A stretch of DNA of 58,437 bases, from positions 1 through 58,437 of the forward strand of contig KZ987728.1 in the NCBI GenBank assembly GCA_003614145.1. Direction: 5' to 3'. The stretch comes from Piptocephalis cylindrospora (taxonomy: Eukaryota). Below, in pieces: positions 22,192 to 33,098 of this stretch; position 1 is the stretch's first letter; each line of letters starts with the position of its first letter. The notes under the pieces were generated by a model. That model worked only from the letters and a program-made list of their open reading frames with translations. It was not told where the DNA came from and searched no databases. Made by a program: the position numbers and the translations under genes.

Positions 22192-23871
22192 TTTTGGGGG
22201 GTTTAAGTGGGGACTAGGTACTAATGGGTACGGTCTTTGAAGTGGAGGGGGGGGGAGGCAAATGACAGACAAAAAGAGGACTAGTCAAAGCTGGAAATGA
22301 ATGATGTGCGGGAGGGGGGAGGGAGGACGAGGTAGATTTGGTCAGTAGGAGGACAGCACTCCAGGCAGGTGGTCCAAGCCATAAGAACACTATCCCTAAA
22401 AAAAGACTTACCCAGTGGGGTAAAGAAAAGATGGAGGGTGAGAAGACAGACAGAGACAATTAATCTCTGATGTAAGAGGGAAGACGGGAGGAGGGGGGTA
22501 AGGAGAGGAGGAGAGGAGGGAAGGAAGAATAAAAAGGGAAAAAGGAATGAGGATAGAAGCTAGGATAATAAGTAAGGGAGGAGGGAGGAAGGAGAAGAAA
22601 AGAGAAGGGGAGGAGGAAGGATCGGGCTGGAGAGAAGTAAGGCAAGATCCAGGTGTGGATAATGGGCGGTGCGGAACGGAGAGGAAGGACGAGTGAGGGA
22701 GATTGAGGTGCATAGGAGGAGAATGGAGTGTGGGTGTGTGTACATGCTGGAAGAGAGGGCGGAGTGTGAGGGTGAGGGATATCAGGCAGCGGAGCATGAA
22801 TCGGGTAAGGCGGAGCATGAAAAATGTCTACTGTAAGAGAGGGAAGTTTGGTTGGTGGGGTGGGAGTGAGGGACGACGACTAAAGAGACTACTACTGCTT
22901 CTGCTGCTGGTGCGAGTGTAGATGCTAGTGCATGTGTGTGTGTTCTCCCCTTCTCACACCGCAGACGGGGGTGTGCTTTGGAGGGGGATTGGCGAAGGGT
23001 GCACACCTCCAGGCGTGCAGGGAGGAGGGAGAAGGGGGGAGGGGCCAATGGGACCAAGTAAGTCAGGGATTGAGCGACGACTCAGGGTCTTCCCTGTGGA
23101 GACAAAGGAGTGAGAGGAGAGATAATGGTGTGGGGGCTATGTTGAAGCCATACTGGGAGATGCGGGCTGTAAGGTGTGAGAGGGAGGGTTGAAATATGGG
23201 AAGAGAAAAAAGGCCTCACAGGGCTAAATTTTGGAGATGTTTGACCTGATATTTCCCCCTGAGTGGTATGGATGAAAGAGCCAAGGGATGCTACTGGAAA
23301 TCACTGTGTGCCAAGTAGGATGAAAGTAATATCCATTGAACTTGCTGGGGGACCGAAAAAAAGCAGAATGAGCACCCTCTGAGTCTTCTGGCAAATTGGA
23401 AGAGGAAGAAAAGGGGCCTCAGCTTGAGTAAAGGATAGGGAAGGGGGAAGTAAAAGCAAGGCGGGCTCTGTGAACCAGTGGAGCACCTGGATTTACCTGG
23501 ACCTTGGATAGGTCCTGAGCGACTGGGAGAGAAGGATCGGTTCTTGGCGTAGGACTGGCCCTGCCTCACCTAGAAGAGGGACCCAAGCACAGAACCACAC
23601 AGACATGCACAGGAACTACTGGGGAGGCACCCGTCAGTATGAGCATAAAAGAGAGCCAGGTCGGACCCAAGAAAATTCCCATCCCGTCCGACCACTGATC
23701 AGCAGGCGGAGTTGACACCAAGACTTGGGTGGATAGCTGGGTGTGAGATGATGGAGAGGGATCCGACGGGGCGGCCATGCAGATCCCTAGCTCGCTTTCC
23801 ATGATATGTCAAGGTCATTCAACTCAGAGATCAGGTTTGCATTGATGATGGAAGATAAGACAGGATGTATT

Positions 23872-23940
23872 GAGTGGGTGAGTGAGTGGATGAATGGGTG
23901 GATGAAGGAAGTGGATGAGTGAGTGAGTAAATGAATGAGA
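23872..23940. repeat. Degenerate tetranucleotide microsatellite (GAGT/GAAT/GGAT)
   Basis: gagtgggtgagtgagtggatgaatgggtggatgaaggaagtggatgagtgagtgagtaaatgaatgaga. Confidence 0.6.
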
Positions 23941-24122
23941 TAAGAAAGGAAGGCTGAGGAAATGTACGAGTGTATCATTGCGTAAGCAAAATAACTTTAA
24001 ACATGAAGGATGTAGTAGGAGCAATGGGAACAGCTTGCATGTTCGAGTCATTCATCCCAAGTTCATGGGGCATCAACACAACATGGATCTAGACTAGGTG
24101 ATGAAAACAACCCGTCTCAGCC

Positions 24123-24545
24123 TCAATCTCCAACGTTCCTCGTCAAGGGAATGGCCTTTTCGGGAGGATCGGCAATCACTGCCTTGCCCTTGGCCCAATC
24201 CACTACGATAGGTGTGATCAGCCACTTGGGTTGGCGTTTCAATAGGGACACCACTTCATTCACCCCGGAATCCGGCACCTTGGGAGCCTCAGGTACAAGG
24301 ATCCGATAAGGTTCCTTACTAAACCCGAGATACCCGATTAGGCTGCGTAGCTGGGTGGGAGTGGCCGTAGTCCCCGTCTTGGAGGCTCCCTCCTCGCTAT
24401 CCCCGACAACATCCACGTCAAAGGGCGTAGGCTCTGCCTTAGGGCCCATCCTCTGCAGCATGCTCAAAGCTGCCCTGGACGTGGGATTCCGAGCGCTATG
24501 AAAAATGGTGAGTCTTGGGAATTTGGGTAGGGTGGGGATAGACAT
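24123..24545 (-). CDS. Thioredoxin-fold/ArsC-like protein, Fmp46 (DUF1687)-like
   Basis: Start MSIPTLPKF at 24545; motifs LTIFH...S..A...L, PTQLRSLIGYL and TPIVVDWAKGKAVI resemble the Fmp46 family pattern (PT.dQlr.i..y; P..VDW..G). Confidence 0.7.
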   Translation of the reverse strand: MSIPTLPKFPRLTIFHSARNPTSRAALSMLQRMGPKAEPTPFDVDVVGDSEEGASKTGTTATPTQLRSLIGYLGFSKEPYRILVPEAPKVPDSGVNEVVSLLKRQPKWLITPIVVDWAKGKAVIADPPEKAIPLTRNVGD

Positions 24546-25163
24546 TTTGTATGGGCTGGGCTGGGGTAGGGTGGAAAGAGGGAGTAGAGGAGAGAAGAAA
24601 AGGGGTGGAAAGAAGATGAGGCGGTACTGCGATCTATTTGTATACGTCATCAAAACACACTGACTTGTCATCCCAGTATTTATCCAGATCAATGGAATGA
24701 CTTACTTTTACAACAACACAAGGCAATAATCACTACGTAGGAGAGGATGGCTAGTGAAATTCGGTATATTACCTATATGAATCGTTTAATCCTAATGCCC
24801 TACTCGATATTTTATAAATGCTCAATTTTGATAACAGCCTATAATCCCCAGGTTTTATTGTATTTATCTTGGTAAATCTAGAGAAATCAGCCTGGAGTTC
24901 AATCGGCTATTGCTTATTCACCCATGACTCGAAATTGTTATTCTCTTTGAATAGATCTATTTAAATGTATTTAAACGTCGGTATAAAAAAAATCACCCAT
25001 CACCTTCACCCTCTATGATGGTCAATCCTGGGGCAGGTAAGATGCCCTATGAGTACTAAACCCCTCCGCCCACCACCACGACCTCGTTCACCCCCAGTCT
25101 GTGCACTTACTTTATCTCATGTACTGATCACCATCTCCCACCCCTCCCAACTTACCCATCATC

Positions 25164-28100
25164 ATGGCAGATAAGGAACTTAGGGCTAGACTTCATGCTG
25201 AAAATGCCCAGGCTTGGAGGGAGCCCCCGGATCCGGATACCTTCAAGCACCTGGACTCCAACCTCAAGCGAAGCACAGCCTTTATCAACAAATGTCGTAC
25301 TCGATTAGGCGCTGAGATCCTTGGCCAGCTCAAGACCGATATTGGCAAGCTTCGGTTGGAAAAGTACTTATCCGAGGTCGTCACCGCCATCGTGGAGGGT
25401 CTGGCCCGGTGCAAAAATGTCACTGATATTCAGGCCGCCGCCCAAGTCTGCTCCCTCCTGCACCAACGCTTCCCTTCCGCCTTCACTCTTCCTTTGTCTC
25501 AGACCCTAAGGAAAATCATGGCTCCTCCCTCCCCCACTCCAGCCTCCGTGCCCCAGGAGCAGCGGGATCGGGAGGAGACCGCGAGGATTACGCGTCAGCG
25601 TCAGACCGGTCGGATTATCACCGAACTTTGGCTCTGTGGTCTCTTTACCGGTGTCCCAGCCATGCCTATCGATGCTGTGTCCACGTCTGGGTCACGATCA
25701 TCCAGATCGATTTCCGCTACCGTAGTGTCCACCGACTGGTTATTGGATATTTATATCACTCTGGTACGGCTCATTACGATTGGCGTCTATAGTTATATCG
25801 TCCTTCTCATCATCTTTCCCTCCTTTCCTCTCTCATAGCTGTCAGAGGATGATCGACACGTCAACCTTCCCTTAGTGGTGTCCTTTTGCAAGCAGTATGG
25901 CAAGGATATCTTGGGTATTCAGCCCATTCGGTTCAAAAAGGAGGGTGAAGAGGACGAGGATGTCTCGGAGGATCCTCTTCAAATAACGTCTATTCCTGTG
26001 GACAGGAAAGTTGTATCAGAAGAGGCCCAAAGCACGTTTCTTCACCTCATGCGCTCCTACCACGCTAGCGTTTCCCAGCGTTTACTCAAAGAGCATTCAG
26101 TAGGTATTTGGAGTAAGACTGCGCGTCATTACCAATATCCATTCACTCACCCATCCACATGTAGTATATGAAGAGATTGGAAAAAAAAAATGATGATCTT
26201 ACCCTTCATCGAGGTCACCTCCCGGAGGGGGCCTCTCAAGCCTATGAGCAAGTCGTCAAGCAGTATGAAAAATTACTGGCCAGTGTTCAATCGTACGTAT
26301 CTTTCTCTTTTCCCTAATGGATTTATCTCATTTTTGCTTTGTCGACAGACTATCCGAATACCTTGGAGAAGAAATGCCCAATCTCCCCAAGGAGGAGGAG
26401 GAGGAGACCAGCTTGGGCCTTACCCTTGTCACTCGTGGTGGGGAGGGTGAGGAAGACGAGGCCAATTGGGCCCGAGGTCCCTGGGAGGATGAGGAGCAGC
26501 GTCTCTTTTACCAATCCATCCTAGATCTCAAAGATGTTATTCCCGATATTCTCCTCGCTGCAGGCACCTCCAAGGGAAAGAAGAGGAAGGAAGAAGAGGA
26601 AAAAAAGGAAGAAGAGGAAAAGGACAAGGAAGCGGATATGTCTTTGGAGAGCGATCCAAAAGAAGAGGATCTCAAGGATGAAGAGGAAGGTCCAACTGAG
26701 CTAAACCTTGAAGCGTAAGTCCTCTTTATTTTCCTTACGAGGGATGTGACTTGATCCACCATTGTCATTTTCTTCCTTTTATAGTCTTTACTCATTTTTC
26801 TCTTATTTATCCTGATAGATTTGGAGAGGATGTGGATGAGGGAGATGAGGATAAGGGGCTGGGAAAGGCTGCAGATGAGCTAGGGTCTACCCCCTCCCCA
26901 TCCATCCTACCTCCCACCACCCCTCCTTCCTCAACCATCTCCTCTACGGTTTCGGGAAGCCCCATGAGGTCCCAGGCCTTACCTATTCCTCTTGGGTCCG
27001 GGAGATTAGACGTCCTCCTTGCCCAACTCCCCACTTTGACTAACCGAGAAAATACAGATGCATGGACCGTCGAATTTTGTTACCTAAACTCCAAGGTATC
27101 CCGGAAACGTCTAGCCACGGCACTCATTGACCTGCCCAGAAATCGGGTGGATCTTCTGCCCTATTACTCCCGTATCCTCACCACCCTCCATCCCTATCTC
27201 CCTGATGTCGGTGATGCTGTCATGACCTATGTATGTGCTTTTGACGTTTCTCTCTCTCACCCATCTTCCGTACTCATGTGCTTCGACCCTATACCCCAAT
27301 GTAGTTATATGATGACTTTCGCCGGTTGACCAGAAAACACAAGGCTCATCACTTGGAGATTCGTACCATGAATGTGCGATACTTGGCCGAGCTGACCAAG
27401 TTCCGCCTCCTTCCTTTGACTCGATCCCTCTTTATCATCAAAGCCCTGATCAATGAGTTCTCCGGGGGGAGCATTGATGTTCTTTGTTCGATGCTCGAGA
27501 TGTGCGGGAGGTTCCTGGCCAAGAGCCCTGATTCAGGCCCCAGGATGGATTCCCTTTTGGAGATGATTCAACGAAAAAAGACTGCTTTGGTCCTTGAAGA
27601 GAGGCAAAGGATGATGCTTGAGAATGCCTACTTTCAGGTATATGCATGCATTGCGCTATGAATTGGTATCTTTCTACATTTCTCATTTATCCTTTTCTGA
27701 TCCATCTCATAGTGTCATCCTCCGGAAAAGACGGAGAGACCTACCAAGGATCGACCGGTCGTTGAACTATTTATCCGGTGGCTAATCCTAGAAGAGTTAT
27801 CGAGAAAGACTGTGACCAAGGTCTCTAAGCTCCTACGACGCCTTCCATGGGGAGAGGATGAAGGGGTGGAGGGGATGGTAGTGGGACTACTATCCCGACC
27901 CTGGAAGGTCAGGTACGATAACCTTCCCCTACTGGCTATGGTGGCCTCTGGGCTTCACCGATACCACACTGAGATTGGAGTTCGGGTGGTGGATGAAGTG
28001 CTCGAGGGGATTCAAGTTGGCCTGGAACAAAACCTCTTTCGGCACAACCAACGACGGCTTACTCTCATGACTCACCTGGGGGAATTGTACGCCTATAGGC

Positions 28101-29515
28101 TCGTGGATAGTCGAGTGATTCTGGATACCTTGTATCTCGTCCTCATGTACGGCCATGATCGAGGTGTACCGGTCCCGGGTAGGAAGAGTGTCGTGGATGC
28201 AGAGGACGATTACTTCCGGGTCCGATTGATCTGTGCCTTACTGTCCGTTTGTGGTGGCTATTTCCACAAAGGGGTAGCTCGTGGTCGGATGGATGCATTT
28301 CTCTCCTTCTTCCAACTCTATCTTCTCTCCAAGGCTGGGCCTGTACCCATGGAGGTGGACTTTATGGTTGGGGATCTACTCGAGGCTCTTCGTCCTAGGA
28401 TGACCCTGTATGGATCGTACGAGGAGGCCGTGGTGGGAGTTCGGACCCTGTATGATCAAAGGGCTCGGGCTCAAGAGCTTTTCGAAAGGAAGAGGAGGAC
28501 CAAAAAGGGAGGCAAACTGACGGTATCTGAGTACCAGACCAATGGTATCCCAGAGGTTAAGGGAGGCCCTGTCGGATCCACCAGTGGATCTACAATGGAA
28601 GGAAAGAGGGAGGAGGCGGGGGAGGCGGTGGAGGAGAGTGATGATGATGATGATGATGATGACGATGATGACGATGATGATGACGATAGCGATGATGAGA
28701 GCGATGATACAGAAGAAGAGGAAGAGGAGGAAGAAGAAGAGGATTCGGATTCGGATTTAGATGAGCACGATGATGATGATGAGGAGGAGGAGGATGTAGT
28801 TCTTTTGGAGGAAAAAATGTCAGAAGTGCCGACGGCAGAGGAAACTGCAGACTTTGATCGGGAACTCGCCCGTCTTCTCAGTGAGAGTATGGCCGAGGGA
28901 AGGAAGTCGGGGGTTCCTGGGGGAGGAGGGGGAGGCGCATCCTCCCAAGGTGGAGGGATACTAGGAGCGGCCTCGTCTCCCTCCTCCTCCACATCCTCTT
29001 CCCACCTTGGAGGGGTGTCCTTGCACGCAACTCCGGGTGCATCATCCTCTTCCTCTTCTTCCTCTTCTGGTGGGGGAGGGGGAGTAAATGTGCTAGACCA
29101 GTCAATCCCCCTCTTTTACAAGGAGAAGCAAGGGGAGAGGGCCACGGCCATGGAGGGGACCGGAACGCATGTGCCTTTTGCCGTGCTGACTCGACGAGGG
29201 AATAAGCAACGGGTGCGGACCATGGCCGTGCCTCGTGATTCACCCTTGGCCATTCGGCAGCGAGATAAGGCGGCGGCAGAACGGGAGGAACGGGCAGAAC
29301 TGAAGCAACTTGTGCTGAATTATGAGGAGCGGGAAGCCTCCGAGGATGCGCGTCGACGAGCCGGTAAGTGTTTCTTTTACTCTCATTGAGCTGAATGTAG
29401 ATGAGGTGACGCACGGTATATCTTACACTACAACGGATTATCCCATACAGAGATGCACCGAAGGACCACTGGAGCGTTTCGGTTCTCAGGCCCCCGAAGT
29501 CGAGGACATTGGTAA
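25164..29515 (+). CDS. UPF2: Nonsense-mediated decay factor Upf2/Nmd2, multi-exon
   Basis: LDSNLKRSTAFINK, LEKYLSEVV, GPWEDEEQRLFY, EFCYLNSK..RKRL, RYLAELTKF, LEMCGRFL, LENAYFQ|CHPP, NQRRL...LGELYAYRLV, DDYFRVRLIC (three MIF4G domains); acidic tract; C-terminal FAVLTRRGNKQ and LKQLVLNYE. Last intron 29364-29450. Confidence 0.95.
28639..28795 (+). repeat. GAT/GAC/GAA/GAG trinucleotide tract encoding the Upf2 poly-acidic linker
   Basis: (GAT)n/(GAC) run followed by GAA/GAG runs, in frame within UPF2. Confidence 0.85.
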
Positions 29516-29630
29516 TTGGACTGGATGGATAAATTGTGTTTTTTCCTCATCTTCAAGACACAAACAGACATGTACGGATAAAAACGAGGAGGGTATGGTA
29601 TGGGAGATAGCGAGGGAAGGACAAGTACAC

Positions 29631-29670
29631 CACACACACACACATCGCATCACATCACATCACATCACAT
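29631..29670. repeat. Compound microsatellite (CA)n followed by (CACAT)n
   Basis: cacacacacacacatcgcatcacatcacatcacatcacat, between the convergent 3' ends of UPF2 and paralogue B. Confidence 0.75.
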
Positions 29671-29689
29671 GGTATCAGATTAGAACAGA

Positions 29690-31282
29690 TCAGTCGTGAT
29701 GCTCTGGAGAATCCAAAGGTTCAATGGTGGTGAGACGGGAAACATCGGTGGTGGGCTGGTTGAGGTAGTCCTGATGGACAACACGTCCCCGAGTGGGCGG
29801 GGTATGAGGGGAGGAGGTGGACGTGGAGGAAGGGATGGGAGGGGTATCCAAGGGATGAACCGGCGATTCGGCATATGAGGATGATCGAGTCATCATGGCA
29901 TCCCCCTCAGTCCCGGGAGGCAGGGGGGGGAAGCCGGAAGGAGGGGGTAAAGGAAAGGCAGGACGAGAGCTCTCCGATCTAGAGTCATCATGAGCATAGG
30001 ATGGATCAGGGATGTACGGGGCATAGGGATGGTTGCCATCGCCTACTGCGGGATCACTGTCTCTTGAGGTCATGGAGTGAAGAGGAAGGGGGGTATCCAG
30101 ACTATTACGATGATGAATGGAAATCTCCTCGTCATGCTCACCCTCCTCGCTGATCACGTTGTTATAAGAATCGGCCATGTGGTGAGGAGAGGATGAGAGG
30201 GAAGAGTGGTCTTCACGGTAAGACCCATAGAACTGGACACTGTCCATCTCCATTCCATCCTGCTGGATAGGGCCTCCAGGGGAATTGGGGACGTCAAAGG
30301 CCACAGACTTGATCGGAGGAAGGGGTGGGGTGGGGTCATGGCCTCGTTGAGAGGGGGAAGAAGGGGGATGGGCGGCCTGGAAAGCCGCAACACTCTCCCG
30401 ATATTGCTTGCCGGGGACGAGCATTGTGCGACGACGGGGGCCACCCGATACGACCTCTCCTACAGCACCAACACCCATACCCTCAGCGGCCTCAGCACAA
30501 GTGCGACGCTTGGTCGAAGTGGATCTCTGGAGCTCACGCTCCGAGTAGAGTTTTCGGTAGCGACGACGATGAAGGAAGCGCTGTAGGGTAGTGGAGAGGA
30601 AGAGGAGGAGGCCGGCGCCGATGAGACTGGCGGTGACAGATAGCCCAGTCCAGTTCCCGGATCGATCGGTCTTGGAGGGCAGAGTGGTGACATTGACGGG
30701 ACGAATCTCGAAATATGGGGTAAGGGGCAGGGGCTCGGGGTCAAAAGTGGATTCGGGGACGGAAGTGCGGATGAAGGGGCCATACGGATCGGTCCGAAGA
30801 TTGGGAGAGATCATGGCGTTACCAAAATCGGCATTGTAGGTTAGATTGGACATTTGACCTGTGGGCTGCAGGTATTGCATGTCACTGAGGAGGAAGGTGG
30901 GATTGGAAGGGTTGTACCGGCCATTAAAGCTAAAGTACACCCGGTTACTGGAATCGGGGGTGGGGGCAGGGGCACGGGGCATAAGCTGATACCAGGAGTT
31001 GTCCCCAGCCACAATTCTCCATTGGCCCCAATACTCCTCGAGGATGGCTTCGGGCGAGGCCATCCGGAACCGCAGAGCCCAAGGTGAGGTGGGGTATGCG
31101 CCATTGAAGGTGATGTTAAGGGTGGCACCAAAATTACCCTTGGTGGGATCGAGCCACATGGCGGCAAAACGGCCATCGATGGGTAGACTGGTAGCCGCCG
31201 AGGTGAATGAGGGGAGGAGAAGCAGGAGGGTCCAGGCCTGCTGGAAGATCCCCCAGGAGATGCCACTAGAATGGGTTGGCAT
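29690..31282 (-). CDS. Type-I membrane protein with CBM2-like ectodomain and Pro/Ser-rich tail (paralogue B)
   Basis: Signal peptide ending AWTLLLLLPSFTSA; WLDPTKGNFGATLNITFNG..PWALRFRMASP..LEEYWG; VYFSFNG; TDPYGPFIRT; TM GLSVTASLIGAGLLLFLSTTL followed by RFLHRRRYRK. Confidence 0.8.
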   Translation of the reverse strand: MPTHSSGISWGIFQQAWTLLLLLPSFTSAATSLPIDGRFAAMWLDPTKGNFGATLNITFNGAYPTSPWALRFRMASPEAILEEYWGQWRIVAGDNSWYQLMPRAPAPTPDSSNRVYFSFNGRYNPSNPTFLLSDMQYLQPTGQMSNLTYNADFGNAMISPNLRTDPYGPFIRTSVPESTFDPEPLPLTPYFEIRPVNVTTLPSKTDRSGNWTGLSVTASLIGAGLLLFLSTTLQRFLHRRRYRKLYSERELQRSTSTKRRTCAEAAEGMGVGAVGEVVSGGPRRRTMLVPGKQYRESVAAFQAAHPPSSPSQRGHDPTPPLPPIKSVAFDVPNSPGGPIQQDGMEMDSVQFYGSYREDHSSLSSSPHHMADSYNNVISEEGEHDEEISIHHRNSLDTPLPLHSMTSRDSDPAVGDGNHPYAPYIPDPSYAHDDSRSESSRPAFPLPPPSGFPPLPPGTEGDAMMTRSSSYAESPVHPLDTPPIPSSTSTSSPHTPPTRGRVVHQDYLNQPTTDVSRLTTIEPLDSPEHHD

Positions 31283-33098
31283 GCTTCGGTGGGAATGAGT
31301 GAGGGGAGGGGTAGGAAGGAGAGGGGAATGGAGGAGAGAAAGAAAGATAATAGAGTAGAAAGGATGGGATAGTCAGCCGGTGGACTCGGCGGAGCTTAGT
31401 ATATCGTTGTGAAGGAGGATGTGCTTTTAGGCGGGGACATGGGCTGGCGGGGTTAGAATCTGGAGTGAAAGTGCATTTCGGAGTGTCAAGTTGGTCCTTG
31501 TATGGACTGAAACGGACATACTATTTCCCTCCAGTGTGAGTTAAAATTGGCATACAAGCTGACAATTTATGTCAGAGTGGATGCAGAGGCTCTGGCCTGA
31601 TTAGATGGAATAAGGCAGGGCTGGATGAGATACCTTGGAAGAAAGCAAGGTCAAGGTAGTAGCACTGGCCCGTGGTCTTAGGGGACAAAAGCATCCTGTC
31701 CCTCTCCCTGCCCCCATCCTTGCCCCCACCCTTGCTCCCATCCCTGTCCCTGGTACATCCTCTCCTTCCATCAAGCATTGTGTTTCCCTTGATGACGTCC
31801 ATGGCGCGATACAACGATCATCTTGTCAGCCTCCATGACCTCACATATGCGATCATCCTGCTAGAATCTGTGGGTTAAAGACTCATGACCAACGTCATAC
31901 CAGGAGGTTGGGAGAGAGTGGGAATGACCAATTTTGGATAAAAGCAAGAAAGGAGATCCAGATTGCTGTGGCCAATCCCAGAGACGCGCCCAACGACTCT
32001 GCGTACACCTCATATCGTCCTGGAGAGAGGACCCTGAAAGTTCCTAGAGATCTTAAAGGACGATTATATAGGATGGAATGGCCCAATCCAGGACTATGGC
32101 TGCCTGTTTCATCAACAACGTGGTGGCCATCTCGCTTGCCCTCCCAACCCGTTCCTCTCCCCAAGGAGATCCCATCCAGACGATACCCTTGGCTTTCCTA
32201 TAGGCCAGTCCCCAAAGAAGATAAAAGTCAGCATACATATGGAGATGCTCCGCCCTGTCATACATAGGGGACGATGTGGACCGTCGTGTTGTCCTCCTTG
32301 AGAGTCGTGGACCCTTTTCCTTTTTATCTGGGTCCCACATCCGGAGTCTCGCTAGCGGTCAACCGAAATGAGGTAAAGCTCGTCCCGTTCGCCCACTCAC
32401 TTTACATACCAGGAGTAGTAGATTGGACTGGAGCTCGGAGGAAGCGTCTTTGCTCGTTCGTCCATGGATGGATAACAATACACAGAGTGGATATATAGAT
32501 CGAGCGACAACGTTGGTCCTCCAGGACCTGCAACCGTCAGTCTTTCCTTCTCCTCCTCCTTCTCCTCCTTCCCTCTCGTAAAGCCAATAACGCCCTTCTC
32601 ATCCACCCTCCCCCCCCGTCTTCCCGGCGCTTCTCGATTGTACCCACCAAGTTTACTTGGGTAAGCGTCTATTTCCTCAGCCTCGGTAAGGGGCCTCTCC
32701 TGCCTTACTCACATCCATTTTGCTCTCTCAGCCCTGCACACTCCACCGCCACCACCACTATATCTCTTCACACCACAGCTTTCTTGCCAGGCTCTCTCCT
32801 TTGTCACGATCCCTCACACGCACACAATTTCCTCGTTTTTGTTTTGCTCTTCTCCTCCTCCTCCTGCTTCACTGCTCATTACAGTGTAGGCTTGCTATCG
32901 TTGCGTATGCGCTAGCGTCGCCATTGCCTCCCTTCTTTAGCCCATCCACTTCTTCCTCATCCTTGATCAGCCGCCCATCCCCTGGACAGACCTCGTCTTC
33001 TTTCCTCTATTAACGAACATCTGTCTGTCCATCCGTGTCCGTGCCCTGTCTCCTCTCCCCTATCCCTACTTCTCTTTCCTTCACACATTGGTCACATC

